Part shown: positions 1 through 11,803 of the stretch, piece by piece
Position numbering within the stretch: position 1 is the first letter of the stretch
How the letters are laid out: every line of letters starts with the position of its first letter
Source: Opitutales bacterium
Lineage (GTDB): Bacteria > Verrucomicrobiota > Verrucomicrobiia > Opitutales > PNEW01
Direction of reading: 5' to 3'
Assembly (NCBI GenBank): GCA_965197745.1
Contig: CBDANS010000006.1
Coordinates: 640,001 to 704,000, forward strand
DNA length: 64,000 nucleotides
The notes under the pieces: model-generated
Seen by the model: only the letters and a program-made list of their open reading frames with translations
What the model was told of the DNA's origin: nothing
The model's database searches: none
Translations under genes and position numbers: made by a program

Positions 1-3000
1 GACTTAAAATTGTTCTGCGAAATCAGGGTATCGAATCCAGGTGCTGTCGATCCGCTCGGTGCGATCACGATCGAGGCACCGTTAGACTGAGAAAGATCAC
101 CCCCCGTGATGCGCATCCCGGGATTACCCGCGGGTATGGTAAAGGACCCATCACTAAATAAAAGGTAGGGGACTGCATCGCCACTGGCATCGATGTCACC
201 TACGGTTAACCGCACGGCTATCGGGATTCCACTGGCATCAAATCCAATCTTACCTGAACTGCCACTAAATACCGCGTTCGAGAGTTGTACGCCACCCAAG
301 CCTGTAGAGTTGATCACCTCTACGAGCGTGACATCAGCTTCAGCATCATAGACCTGTCCCTCGGGGAACAATGCCTGGTTCACGGCATTGATCCTTCCCA
401 CCGTGAAGATACTGAAGAAGGTACTCGCGTCGGCTTCTTCGATCAACACGCTCGGTTTGCCTGTAACATACATTACCTCCTGGTTGTAGCGAGGCGGCGG
501 GGCGGGGGGCAGGTAGGTGTCCGGATCTAATGTAATCGTAAATGTACCGCTGCCCGAAAATTCTACCTGTACAATGTCCTCGTCTTCATCCATGAACGAG
601 ACCCGTGTGATCTGCCCTGGCTTGGCCTGAAGTCGGATGGACTCCCCGGTTAACAAGACCTGGTCGAACACGTTCCCGTTAGGATGCTGGATGTCCTCAC
701 CGGCAATATCTCCCGAGCCGTCAAGCACGAGGGGTAGAGGCGGAGCCGATACGGTAATCACCGCGGTATCACTATTGGTGCTCCCTCCAGCATTGGTTAC
801 CTCTACCCAGAAGTTGGTGCTATGGGTAAGAGCACTGATGGTGAAAGTGTTGCTCGTAGCACCGGCGATGGGACTGGCGGTATTACCGCTGTTGCCGGTA
901 TACCATTGGTAGGTGAGATCATCGCCAATTGCTGTCACTGATAGGACAACCGCGGTACCGGACTCTACTTCCTGGCTCGCAGGTTGGGATGTGATCGAGG
1001 GAGTACTGGGACCTTCCCCGTTAATAGAATCGGTAGTGAGACTGAAGACATAAGCTGAGCCGGAATCCTCACCGTTGTCATCGTCTAACCACGCTCCGAC
1101 TACCACGGTGTCACCGCTTATATCTACCGACCCAAAAGAGTTAAAACGCGCGCCATCGCTGGCTAATAGCTTAGTTACTTGGCCCCAGTTGTCAGCACCG
1201 CCTGTGTTGCGCTCAAAAATATAAGCTGAACCGGAATCAGTTCCGTTGTCATTGTCTCCGGTAGCTCCAACCACCACCGAGTCGCCGCTGATTTCGACCC
1301 ACCCCCCAAAAATGTCACCCTCTCCGCCATCGATGGCAAGCAGTTTGGCAACCTGACCCCAGTTGTCAGCACCGCCCGCGTTTCGTTCAAAAATGTAGGC
1401 AGAGCCGGAATCAGTTCCATTGTCATCGTCCAAATCTGCGCCCACGATCAAAGTATCTCCGCTGATCACAACATGATTGCCAAACACGTCTTCTATTGCG
1501 CTGTCATTTGCAGTTAGTTTTGTAATCTGTCCCCAATTGTTATCACCCCCTAAATCGCGTTCAAATACGTAAGCAGAGCCGGAATCGAGGCCGTTGTCAT
1601 CGTCATAGAGAGCACCTACTACTGCCGTGTTGCCGCTGATCGCTACTTCCCAGCCAAATAAGTCACCTTCTGCGCCATCGCTGGCCAATAGCTTAGCGAC
1701 TTGGCCCCAATTATCGATCCCCCCTGGTCGCGTTCAAAAATGTAAGCCGAGCCAGAATCACTGCCTTTGTCATCGTTACTGTCAGCCCCGACTACTAACG
1801 TATTCCCGCTGATCGCAGTGGATTTACCAAACAAGTCACCCGGCGCACCGTCACTGGCAGTTAATTTGGTTAATTCAAGGTCAACTATATTTTCTAATAT
1901 CTCGATCACCAGGTTGTAGGAAGTGCGAGTCGCTCCATTAAAACCTAAGATACGGAGGAAGTAGATCTCACTCGTCCCCACAACCAGAGATATGTGCTCG
2001 TTGTCAGTATCAGTCCCCGAAAAAGTTACCTCGTTTAAGTCCCCATCGTAAAGAAGTAGATCTAAGTCACCTTTTTCCTGGCTGAACAAGATGCTTACAT
2101 TTAGCCTACCCTTTGCGCTTGTTGTGAGGCGGTAGTAATCTTCCTCACCATGAACATGAATCGACAGATCATTCTCTGTATATTCATTAATTATCCCCAG
2201 TTCTGTCGCTGTTTCAAAGCTGTTATTGGGTTCGAATTGATCACCTGAACCTACTAAGTTTACACCAATATCTCCCAATATTGCCAAATCCAGATCTGAT
2301 ATTTTTTCACGTCTATCAGAGAAGGCAAATTGAGCCATTAAATCAGAAAGTAGAACTTCACCAGGACGAGGTGATGAATTCCCAACGTGAGAAATAGATC
2401 CAAAAGTTAAAGGAACCGGTCCACCGTAGACCATCATTGCCATAGGCCCCGTAAAAAAGAAATTTGTCCCATCAAAGTTTATTAACTCGTCATATGTCGT
2501 TATTATGTTGTGAGCAGGGAGTTCGCCAGTGGTTTCATTTATAAAAACTGCAATTCCAAATATATGCCCAAACTCATGCAAGATAGTCGAATAAGCATCA
2601 AATGAGCCAAACGGAATGCTATCCGTGCGTTCAGTAGGATTTGGATCAAACCATAATTCTCCATTGGTTAATGAATTTATACTAATTGTAATAAACCCGT
2701 CTGGTCTAGTTTCATTAAGGTCAATCCCAGTTCTTATTTCAAAGATCGAATTTGGTTCAACATTGATACGCGTGCCATCATTGCGAACAAAAGCGCTATT
2801 GGCAGCACCACCTGTTGCTAACAGGTCTGTCTCAAATTTATTGAATGCAACTTCAATTTCAATTGAGGGTTCCCCTTCAACCTCAAAATACTGAACCCAA
2901 TCATTCGCAGCAGCTAGAGTATGGGATTCGATAACTGAATAAAATGCAGAAAATTCTGCTCCCGGATCATTAAAGGAGACCGAGAATGTTACCTGTCCTT

Positions 3001-3097
3001 TAGCATTTTGAGGAAATGAAATTAATAAGAAAGCTAATGAGCAGATAAAAAGAATACCGGCTAAATGGGCTTTTTTATTATTCTGACAACACCCCAT
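1..3097 (-). CDS. Large secreted multidomain protein: zinc-metalloprotease-like domain (HEFGH), PPC-like domain, 5 FG-GAP-type repeats, Ig-like domain and conserved C-terminal module; 3' end off window; apparent frameshift at 1719-1724
   Basis: ORF 1643..3097 has a signal peptide and an HExxH motif. One extra G in the G6 run gives ...FERDQGGIDNWGQVAKLLASDG, continuing through GSAY(I/V)F repeats and PSITSQPASQEV...QNNFKS to base 1. Confidence 0.8.
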
Positions 3098-3333
3098 CTT
3101 GTCACTCTAGTTATTTCGGTAATGAAGATAATGGGGATGTGTTAAAATGTTTCCATTCTCTATTATTAGAGAACGCATTAAGATTTATTAATGCACCTTC
3201 GAATAAAAAAATAAAGACCCTAACCATACTAACGACTTATATATATTATTAGTATTGCTAAAATGTTAAATTGCAACCCATACTAGATTAACAAACGTTA
3301 AGACATTAAATTTATACTTGAAACGCACATAAA

Positions 3334-3882
3334 ATGAGCCGCTGGTGGGTTGTCATTGTTGTATTATTTTTTGTTGGCACTGTATTGGGGAAAGAAAATG
3401 ACCCACTATTCGATTTAAAAGTGCGCGCTGAAAAAGGAGATGCAGAAGCGCAATATAACCTTGGCGGGTGGTATTTAGAAAGACAGGGAGTAGCTAATTA
3501 TCCGGAAGCTTTCAAATGGATCAATAAAGCAGCTGAACAAGGGCATCCTGGAGCTCAAACTAACCTAGGTTTCATGTACGCCCAGGGTCTCGGAGTAAAA
3601 CGTGATAATATAGAGGCAAGCAACTGGTATAGCCAGTCAGCCGAGCAGGGATTACTTAAAGCACAGTACGGACTTGGTTTAATGTATGCTAACGGCCAAG
3701 GGGTAAAGCAGGATTACATCGAAGCTTATAAGTGGCTACGAATCGCAGCAACAGCGGGAGATAATTCAAGTTCAAGGGTTTTAAGTAACCTTAATTCCTC
3801 TATGACCACATCGCAAATTACCGAAGCTGAACAAAGAGCTGCGACATGGCTGGCTAAACAAAAAAAACAGTCGCTTAAGTAG
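3334..3882 (+). CDS. Sel1-like repeat secreted protein
   Basis: Signal peptide; repeated AQxxLGxMY...W..AAEQG units. Confidence 0.9.
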   Translation: MSRWWVVIVVLFFVGTVLGKENDPLFDLKVRAEKGDAEAQYNLGGWYLERQGVANYPEAFKWINKAAEQGHPGAQTNLGFMYAQGLGVKRDNIEASNWYSQSAEQGLLKAQYGLGLMYANGQGVKQDYIEAYKWLRIAATAGDNSSSRVLSNLNSSMTTSQITEAEQRAATWLAKQKKQSLK

Positions 3883-3930
3883 GAAAACTCCAATTTTTGT
3901 ATTAATTCAAATGTGAACACTATTTTAAGC

Positions 3931-5291
3931 ATGAAACATTGGCTATCGATTATTGTTTTTCTTACTCTGGTCATAGTTGGATGTGGAACAAAGGATGACC
4001 CCTTAAGGGAATTAAAAGCACAAGCAGAAAAGGGTGATGCCGAAGCCCAATTACTCCTGGGATTGAAATATGAATATGGGGATGGCGTAACCAAGAATTA
4101 TCCTGAAGCACTTAAGTGGGTTCGTGCGGCCGCTGAACAAGGATACGTTAAAGCCCAAAACGAACTTGATTTAAAATATTACCTGGGTCGTGGTGTAATG
4201 CTGGATTATGAAAAGGCCGTGATGTGGTATAAAAAGGCAGCCGAACAAGGGTACTCTGAAGCTCAATCCAACCTGGGCGTTATGTATTCCATGGGTGACG
4301 GTGTGAAGCAGGATTACGATGAAGCGAGTAAATGGTATCGCTGGGCGACCGGTCAAGGACCGGTTGAAGATCAGGACGTACTTGATGAGCGTTATGGTAT
4401 TGACCAGGGGGTAGTGCGAAATGATTCCGGGTATGTCAATCAACCCCGTAATTCGGATGATCAGGATTTTGATGAGTTGCTCGAGTCGGCTGAAAGCGGA
4501 AACGCTGTCGCACAATACGATGTTGGAGTAAAGTATTTAAAAGGCCAGGATGTAGATCAGGATTTTACCGAGGCTTTTAACTGGTTTAAAAATCGGCTCG
4601 GTTTAGAGCGGGCCAACCGCTGGTCAGACATGGGATTGAGGACGATGTATATCGGAGATTAACCGAAAAAGGATTCGCACCCGCTCAATTCAATCTCGGA
4701 TTGATGTATGCCAAAGGTCAGGGGGTGGAACAGGATGATGCCATGGCATTTAAATGGATTCAGAAAGCGGCCGAGCAGGAAATCGCTTTACCCCAGTATA
4801 AATATATACTTGGAAACATGTTTTATAGAGGCCAAGGAGTAAAACAAAATTACGCCAAGGCATTAAAGTGGTATCGCAGGGCAGCAGAGCATAGTGACAA
4901 GAGCATATACGACAATGTGTATGAAACAGATTTTACGCAAAATGATGCCAAACTGATCAGGAAGGATCGGAATAAAATAACTGTTAATCGAGGAGACGCC
5001 AGAGCTCAAAATAAACTGGGGGTGATGTATTATAAGGGTCAGGGGACCAGCCAGAATTTTAAAAAGGCCGCAAAGTGGTTTCGCGCCGCAGCTGAACAGG
5101 GGCACGTTGATGCACAATATTTTCTTGGATTAATGTATGATCACGGCCAAGGGGTTGAGAAAGACTTTGATGAAGCACACACGTGGATTCGTAAAGCAGC
5201 CAGGCAAGGACATGAAGCCGCACTGATTTGGACTAACAAGGTAAGTGAACAAAAAGAAGCCCAAACTCAAATGAACATTGAGAACAAGTAA
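3931..5291 (+). CDS. Sel1-like repeat lipoprotein, split by a single-base frameshift at A5 (4588-4592)
   Basis: Lipobox IVGC. Adding one A joins ORFs 3913..4662 and 4701..5291 (FKKSARF...AQFNLGLMY). N-terminus resembles the upstream Sel1 gene. Confidence 0.8.
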
Positions 5292-5430
5292 CAAAATATA
5301 AGCAAAAAATGGAGCAAAAATCTATAGAGTATAGCAGGTGACCCTGCAGTGATTGCACCGCGTCTGTCTCGAGAAGAGGATGAAGGAGCCGGTGTTACAA
5401 ATAGATAATAGGGGTATGTTACGTTTAATC

Positions 5431-6216
5431 CTAATGAACCAAGAATAATTGATTGCGCACCCCCGATTCCAGGTGTTGGGGACTCGAATAATGAAGGACG
5501 GGGTGCCTGGCCCCCTCAATCGTAACCGGCAATCGCATGGCGTACTCGGCGTAATCCCAACGGTTATAGACGATGTAGGCTTGCCTGAACAGCGCGACCT
5601 CAAGGTCATGTTCGATAGAAAAATCAGGGAGGAGGATGGGCCCGGTATCAATTTGCCAAGTATCGTGTTCGTGCCGCACATTCATCACGGTCACCGGGTA
5701 CTCGGCCACCACTTCCATTTCACTATCGCTCTTCAGGGCCGCAAAACGCGTCCTTCCGAGAATAGTCTTATTCCCGACCATGGCGTCATGGACTTCCTCA
5801 TAGCTTGTCATTTCCACCACATGGTTGAAATGGCGGAGGTAACCCTTCATTTCTGTGATCTTTGATCGTTTACCGTATTGAGATTTTACAGCGTCACCTA
5901 CAGTAAAGACCATTCGTTCAAAGCCGGGAGAATCTTCAAAATGCTTGATGTACATAAATTGCCCTTCATTACAAAAAACAGCGTGAAACTCCGCGGTGGG
6001 TTTATGTATTAAATTTCTTTCCACATACATCTGCTCGGCCGCGCAGGGATGAGTTAAAAAAAACTCCCTGAATTTTTCTCCCGGTCCACGAATTTTACAG
6101 CTGGCATGCAGCGCGCAGCGCGGGGTGTGGTCCATGTCGGGTCGCGTCCATTGAACAAATGAATTGACGTAATCGTAATTCAACAGGGTATCATAACTGG
6201 TGTCGAATGTACCCAT
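5431..6216 (-). CDS. Hypothetical protein
   Basis: 261-aa ORF with purine-rich upstream sequence; no family recognised. Confidence 0.7.
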   Translation of the reverse strand: MGTFDTSYDTLLNYDYVNSFVQWTRPDMDHTPRCALHASCKIRGPGEKFREFFLTHPCAAEQMYVERNLIHKPTAEFHAVFCNEGQFMYIKHFEDSPGFERMVFTVGDAVKSQYGKRSKITEMKGYLRHFNHVVEMTSYEEVHDAMVGNKTILGRTRFAALKSDSEMEVVAEYPVTVMNVRHEHDTWQIDTGPILLPDFSIEHDLEVALFRQAYIVYNRWDYAEYAMRLPVTIEGARHPVLHYSSPQHLESGVRNQLFLVH

Positions 6217-6304
6217 GGTCTTACTCTCTTTTTTGCCCGGTTCAGGATCAGTTAATAATAGAATTTAGGACGATGACGAAGAGATAGACGAATATTATCA
6301 TATG

Positions 6305-7114
6305 TCAGCGAGGATAACCCTGCCACCATACTTCGGTATAGGCGATTTGCAGACCGGACCGTAGCATATTACGAAAACTGGGTGTTCCGAAGTCCGCGGC
6401 ACCAACGATGTACTGGCATCCCATTTCCTCCGCCAGTCTTATGCGCCGATTGATCAGCGCGGCATGACAACCCTTACCTCTAAATGACGGTCGGGTTTGA
6501 GCGCCGGATAAAAGGGCGAACTTATCACTGACATACAGATTTCCCGTCGCTGCCGGTTTCCCCTTCAAGGTCGCGAGATACCAGTGCGTGTCAGGTAAAT
6601 CGAGATATATCCGCAGGCGAGGTTGCAAACGTTTCCACCCTTTTTCAGGAACACCCGAACCTTCAAGGGAGGTTTCAACAGCCCGGTCCAGGGTGTTCAC
6701 ACTGACCCGGTAGACTTTTACCCCGGGCGTTTTCGTTAAACGCGCGCGCGAGGGACGACCAATGAACTTCGTGTGGTACCCCGCAGGTTGTAATCCATGT
6801 TTGAGAAGGTACTGTGAGACTTTATCTGAAAAATCCCGGGGGTTTAAGGTGATCCAAAAATAAGCATTATAACGCTTATAGAAGTTATGGATTCGCGGCA
6901 GACAATCTATGGATTCCGTTCTCAGATTGAAGACGTGATTAAAGTGGGCATCTTCGGGATAGAGAGTAGCGGTAACATCACCGAAAGTCTTAACATGAAT
7001 GTTATAGGGGTTGCCAGGCAAAGCCTCGCAGGCCGTCAGGTAAGAGACATAATCTTCTGTGTAGATCGTGTCGATGGCCCTAAATAACGTATCATTCAAG
7101 ACCACGGTGCTCAT
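6305..7114 (-). CDS. GNAT family N-acetyltransferase
   Basis: Acetyl-CoA motif A: QTRPSFRGKGCHAALI. Confidence 0.85.
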   Translation of the reverse strand: MSTVVLNDTLFRAIDTIYTEDYVSYLTACEALPGNPYNIHVKTFGDVTATLYPEDAHFNHVFNLRTESIDCLPRIHNFYKRYNAYFWITLNPRDFSDKVSQYLLKHGLQPAGYHTKFIGRPSRARLTKTPGVKVYRVSVNTLDRAVETSLEGSGVPEKGWKRLQPRLRIYLDLPDTHWYLATLKGKPAATGNLYVSDKFALLSGAQTRPSFRGKGCHAALINRRIRLAEEMGCQYIVGAADFGTPSFRNMLRSGLQIAYTEVWWQGYPR

Positions 7115-7502
7115 AATTCATTCATTAATAGGCATACGGTTAATACGGTGCAATATTAATTCATAGAAGGAGCAAAAGAGGTCATGCAGTTTGACTGAGG
7201 CAACCCTTTGGCTTGAGGTCATCAGTAGCTCCTCGCCTGGAATGAAAGATGTCCATCCGTCGTCCCGCAAGAGCGGGACTATGGACGACAGGCGGACTCT
7301 GCCCTCAGTATCTTCGTCACCCGCAATTGCGGGTTTCTCGCCATGAACAAGAGAAGGAGGTAACACGGACACGGGCTAACGGCGCTTCCTGATTACCTGA
7401 TATATCTTGCTCACGATCAGCCCGTGCTTAAATAAATAAAAAATAGGGTCGTATAATTCTGGATTAATTACTATATTATACCCTTAACCCAAGGATATTA
7501 TT

Positions 7503-8534
7503 ATGGCTATAAAACAAATTCCAGCACTTGATCAAATACTACAGGAGGGCGTCGATAATCACGCTCAAAACATTTATCTTATTCCCGATGAACCCGTGAC
7601 ATACCGTGTAAGTGGTAAAATCACCCGGTCTGATTCTAAACCCATTACGGCCACGCATATAGAAAGCATTGCCACAGCTGCGGTCGGTGAAGCGGCCATG
7701 GCTTCAATAGGAACGAAATCCAGCGAAGCTCAAACCTTCTGTTCCTTGCCGGGTGATATCGATGGACGGTTGACCGTAGGTCGAGCGGGTGGCGATTACA
7801 CGGTAACGATAGTGACGCATTCCGGATCGCTTCCTTCTCAACAGGACGCGCGAATCCCGGCCGCATTACTCCAGGCAACTGAGAATTCCATGGATGGAAT
7901 CATCATCATCTCGGGGCCGACAGGATCCGCGAAACATACTATTGGAAAATGCCTGCTTGACCACGTCAACGCCACAAAGGGTATACACATTTATACGGTC
8001 GAAGAGGAGACTCTTTTCTTTCGCCTGACTCCCAAAAAATCCATTGTCCAGCAGCGTGAAGTTGGGCTCGATGTTCCGGATATAATTTCCGGCGTCAGAG
8101 CAGCTTTGCCTTTAGACGCTGATATTATATACATTCAATCGGTCAAAACCGCGGATGAAATAGACGTGGCGCTTACCGCTGCTGAAATGGGTTTACTCGT
8201 CATAATCGTAATGCACGGGACATCAGCCCATGACGTCATTCAGGATTTGAATGATTTTCATGACAGCGAAACCCAAAAGATATTTCGTAAACGGTTCGCG
8301 CGCGCCTTACGCGCTATTTCCAATAATCGCCTCATACCGGAAAAAGCGGCAAATAGGAGGACCCCCGACGATGAACTTCGGCGCTCTATAATTAATGGTG
8401 ACGATCTGACTAAACGCACCTCAGCACTCCCGGAGGGCACTCAGAAAATGTCTGACGATATCAATAAATTGCTCGATGAGGGTATTGTTTCCAAAGAAGC
8501 TGCCAGCGAAGTATTAAAAAATATTAAGGAATAG
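7503..8534 (+). CDS. PilT/PilU-like ATPase with degenerate catalytic motifs
   Basis: PilT architecture (IVQQREVGLD, AAEMG..V..MH). Walker A is GPTGSAKH; the Walker B region is IIYIQSVKT. Confidence 0.75.
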   Translation: MAIKQIPALDQILQEGVDNHAQNIYLIPDEPVTYRVSGKITRSDSKPITATHIESIATAAVGEAAMASIGTKSSEAQTFCSLPGDIDGRLTVGRAGGDYTVTIVTHSGSLPSQQDARIPAALLQATENSMDGIIIISGPTGSAKHTIGKCLLDHVNATKGIHIYTVEEETLFFRLTPKKSIVQQREVGLDVPDIISGVRAALPLDADIIYIQSVKTADEIDVALTAAEMGLLVIIVMHGTSAHDVIQDLNDFHDSETQKIFRKRFARALRAISNNRLIPEKAANRRTPDDELRRSIINGDDLTKRTSALPEGTQKMSDDINKLLDEGIVSKEAASEVLKNIKE

Positions 8535-8925
8535 ATGCGGTAACGCGGGGATGCGTTAATGTGTCAATGTGTGTATGTGTAAACGCGGAAATGCTGAGGT
8601 GAAATAATGGTGGGATGCGACGGAGCGCGTTTCATCTATTCATTACCGAACACCTAGCGGCTATGATCTGCCTTTGTCCCGTACCGCAGTCGCGGAAGGA
8701 CTACGGCATGACAGGCATCGCATGGCCCTCCATTATTTTTTATTTATAATATTTCTTTGGTATATAAAATAAAAGATTAAGAAGCGTGCTTGGGACGGCC
8801 CGCTCCACCACTTATTTATATTTATACTATGGTGAGGTGGAACGCGGTGTCCCTACCGCGTTATCGGTTATTCATTAATATATGTAGAGATGCGTGAATG
8901 CGTGAATGTTGTAACGCCATTCGTG
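8535..8925. repeat. Intergenic cluster of REP-like palindromes and degenerate 8-mer (AATGCGTG-like) repeats
   Basis: GAAGCGTGCTTGGGACGGCCCGCTCCACC (8781-8809) and GGTGGAACGCGGTGTCCCTACCGCGTT (8836-8862) recur near 48.8-48.9 kb and 61.5-61.6 kb. Confidence 0.75.
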
Positions 8926-8928
8926 CGG

Positions 8929-9267
8929 CTATTCCTTCAGGGCGAGATGAACCATGAGTTTGATCCGGGGATTAACTCCATCGAGCACACAACGCAATCG
9001 CAGCCAGCTTCCAAAATTGTTTAATTCACAGGCATATAGCGTCTCTTCAGAAACAGCTATGGGCTCAGTCTCACCCTTGTCGCACCAGAAGAGGCCGTCG
9101 GGTGAAATCTGAGGAAAAATTTTCATCGTCGGCCCCGCCTCCAGGTCGATTACGCGAACGAACCATGTCACCTCACTCGCCCATCCACATTCATACGGTT
9201 CCGTATCGAAACTTTCCGTATAAGTTTCGTTCTGCTCCAGGGTAGCGGTATGCGAGCGTCTAAGCAT
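8929..9267 (-). CDS. Conserved hypothetical protein
   Basis: 112-aa ORF (TEPYECGWASE, QISPDG) directly downstream of the co-oriented gene at 9331..10235. Confidence 0.7.
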   Translation of the reverse strand: MLRRSHTATLEQNETYTESFDTEPYECGWASEVTWFVRVIDLEAGPTMKIFPQISPDGLFWCDKGETEPIAVSEETLYACELNNFGSWLRLRCVLDGVNPRIKLMVHLALKE

Positions 9268-9330
9268 GGTAATCGGGATAAGGGGTAATTACATGAAGTG
9301 AAATTTATTAAAGATCAATGTGCCGGCGAG

Positions 9331-10235
9331 TTACCAGTCCACCGATACGAGCACTGAATCAAAATAAAGGAAATTGCGCACAGGTAAGTGGGTTCTCACG
9401 TCGAAGAAGAAATTGAGGAGACGGTCGCATGAGTAATAAGTCTCATCATAAGCGGGGACCGGAATGTCCCTCAGATCCATCACGCGATCATTTATCTGAA
9501 GCTCGACGTTCCGTCGTTTTTCCAGGTCGAACTGCCAGCGGAGGTAATGCCAGTTTATTTTGGTCGGCACTTCATTATTACAGAGCGCGAAATCACCACC
9601 CAGGACTTCCTTCCAATCATCGGGACTCTGGGCGTGAAGGTCTTTCGGAACAGGAGCGCCATCAATCTGCATTTTCGTGGTAACCTGAACGGATGTCTTG
9701 TAGAACCACTTGCGCACATAGTTACCCTCGGGGTCTGTATTGACATAGCGGAGTGAACAGAAGTAGCGCTTCCCATCGGGGCCTTCGTTTATATCATTGC
9801 CGAGGGTGAAATCACCGAACATCGCCTCGGTTGGATGGTAATTTCCGTCAAACGGTAAGGATCCCTTCAAGGTATCGTCAAGTACCGCTTCTGCTTTATA
9901 AGTGAAATAAGTTTCCAGTTGGACGAGTCTTCGCCTGGCAAAAGTCATCCGTTTGATTAAAACACAGGAGTGGTTGGGCCGCGGCCGTGTGGCTAATTTA
10001 AGAGCGTACTCACCGCCTACACTCCCATGGGTGCCAATGTCAAAAAAGTGCAGTTACTCAACTGTGCCGGTCGCAAGTCGCGAAACATCGGTTTAATATC
10101 ATCGAGACTGTTCTCGTAATTACCGATCAATGTGCACCATCCATTAATTCCCTCATCGAAGTCATCAAAAAAGAGAATCCTTTTAAGCGGATTGTACTTG
10201 CTCAGTCGCGGATCGGCATAGGCGTGACTGTTCAT
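9331..10235 (-). CDS. Conserved hypothetical protein (DUF6772-like), frameshifted at A6 (10042-10047)
   Basis: Adding one T joins ORFs 10017..10235 and 9331..9948 (…SNCTFFDIGTHGSVGGEYALKLATRP…). Family name is from recall only. Confidence 0.65.
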
Positions 10236-10460
10236 ATAAATGAGATTGTTATTTATTCAGTATAATTGTGCAAGCAATTATGCGTGGCTCGCAACCGGAC
10301 ATGTATAATGGGGCTCTCCTTTTGACTTCTGTCACCCCTCTTAAACGCTTACATGCATTTTCACATAAATCCTCGGCGGACGCGACGACGCGCGTCCCTC
10401 CATTATTTTACGCGTTTATAACCTTAACACAAGACAACAACCATTAATTATGAAACATAA

Positions 10461-10868
10461 GTGGTTAAAAGACTTAGAAACTGTTTCCTGTTTGGCTTTG
10501 GAGTCGGGATTGGTCTTATTATCGAGTTCTACATCCACCAGGAGTCCACAATGATATTGTTTGGCTTTGCAAGTTTGATGCTTTTGTGTGTTCTTTTATG
10601 TGCTATTCCTGAATTAAAAACGTGGCTTTTTGTTTTCAAACAAAACTATGTGATATATGTTTTGAGAGTTGAGAATATTGATGGTCTCGATCACTTTTTT
10701 GCTCGAGATATGCAAGGCGAATTTTTATACGACATTCAATGCTCTACAAAAGATTATAAACGCCCTCCATACGATGTTGGAACTGTAGTATATGTACGTG
10801 GTAAACGTGGCTGTAAGAGGAAAGGAGCTTATCAATTACTCGTTGATTGCTTTGTTACCATACCATGA
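10461..10868 (+). CDS. Small membrane protein, passenger in IS1595
   Basis: Two N-terminal hydrophobic helices; lies between the TIRs, convergent with the transposase. Confidence 0.55.
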   Translation: MVKRLRNCFLFGFGVGIGLIIEFYIHQESTMILFGFASLMLLCVLLCAIPELKTWLFVFKQNYVIYVLRVENIDGLDHFFARDMQGEFLYDIQCSTKDYKRPPYDVGTVVYVRGKRGCKRKGAYQLLVDCFVTIP

Positions 10869-10948
10869 TCAGAAATAGAACGCTTAATGACTCAAAATGA
10901 CAACTAAATCACAGGCGAGGTTTAATGCACTGATCAAAGCAGCGTGCT

Positions 10949-11803
10949 CTAAAGATTTGCGACCAAATCCCCAAAAATCGCGTTCGGCCAATCCCGACGA
11001 TTGTAGCGATATTCAAACTCCTTCACATATTTCTGGAGATGCTTCTTCGAAACGTGGACGTGCGTCCCGCGTATCGAAAGCTTCAAGCGCGCCCAGAACC
11101 CCTCAATCCCGTTAACATGAATATCTCCCCGACTATATTCGCCATCCCCGTGATTAACAGTTCTATGCCTATAACCAATTTTATTAATCCCATTATAAGA
11201 TCGGAGTTCATCAGTATGCATTATGCTTCCTTGTTTCACGTTTTCTTTAACAATGGGTTGAAGGACGTGTTTGCGAACATTAGGAACAATTTTAGTCATT
11301 ATTTCGCCGTTACGTTCAAGCATCCCAAAGACCACCGTTTTATTAGATGCACCACGTCCACGCTTGCCCCCAGAATGTCTCCCCCAAATATAGATTTCGT
11401 CGGCTTCTACAATACCTTTCAAAGTATTTTCACCGTCAACGTCCGCCATATATTTGCGAATTTCGTGCGCCATACGCCATGCGGTTTTGTATGGCACGTC
11501 AAGTTGCCGACTCAGTTCCATTGCTGCAACACCATGCCGAGAAGTAGAAAACAAATACATGGCGTAGAACCACTTATGGAGAGGAAGGTGGGTATTCCCC
11601 ATAAGTGTTCCAACACATGGGTAAAGATGATGACCACAGTGTTGGCATACATATCCACGATCTCTTGTCATGCGATAAAACTTACTAAAAGCGTCACATT
11701 TTGGGCAGTCAAGCTCTGTGCCACCATAGCGCTCAACCATAATACGTTGCAAACATGCTTCATCGTTAGGGAATTGCTTTTGGAATTCATAGAAACTTTT
11801 CAT
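10949..11803 (-). CDS. IS1595-family transposase
   Basis: Zn ribbon CPKC/CQHC; motifs EADE, KRGRG, HTDE, NGIEGFW, EFEYRYN. Confidence 0.95.
   Translation of the reverse strand: MKSFYEFQKQFPNDEACLQRIMVERYGGTELDCPKCDAFSKFYRMTRDRGYVCQHCGHHLYPCVGTLMGNTHLPLHKWFYAMYLFSTSRHGVAAMELSRQLDVPYKTAWRMAHEIRKYMADVDGENTLKGIVEADEIYIWGRHSGGKRGRGASNKTVVFGMLERNGEIMTKIVPNVRKHVLQPIVKENVKQGSIMHTDELRSYNGINKIGYRHRTVNHGDGEYSRGDIHVNGIEGFWARLKLSIRGTHVHVSKKHLQKYVKEFEYRYNRRDWPNAIFGDLVANL

Noticed and set aside
1040..1870. ~170-bp periodic repeats as a CRISPR-like or DGR-like array
   Set aside because: They are coding FG-GAP-type repeats with synonymous variation.
1719..10047. Homopolymer frameshifts at 1719-1724, 4588-4592 and 10042-10047 as phase variation or programmed frameshifting
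   Set aside because: All are single-base losses in short (5-6 nt) runs in unrelated, otherwise intact genes, which is typical of long-read error. Read-level data would be needed to claim more.
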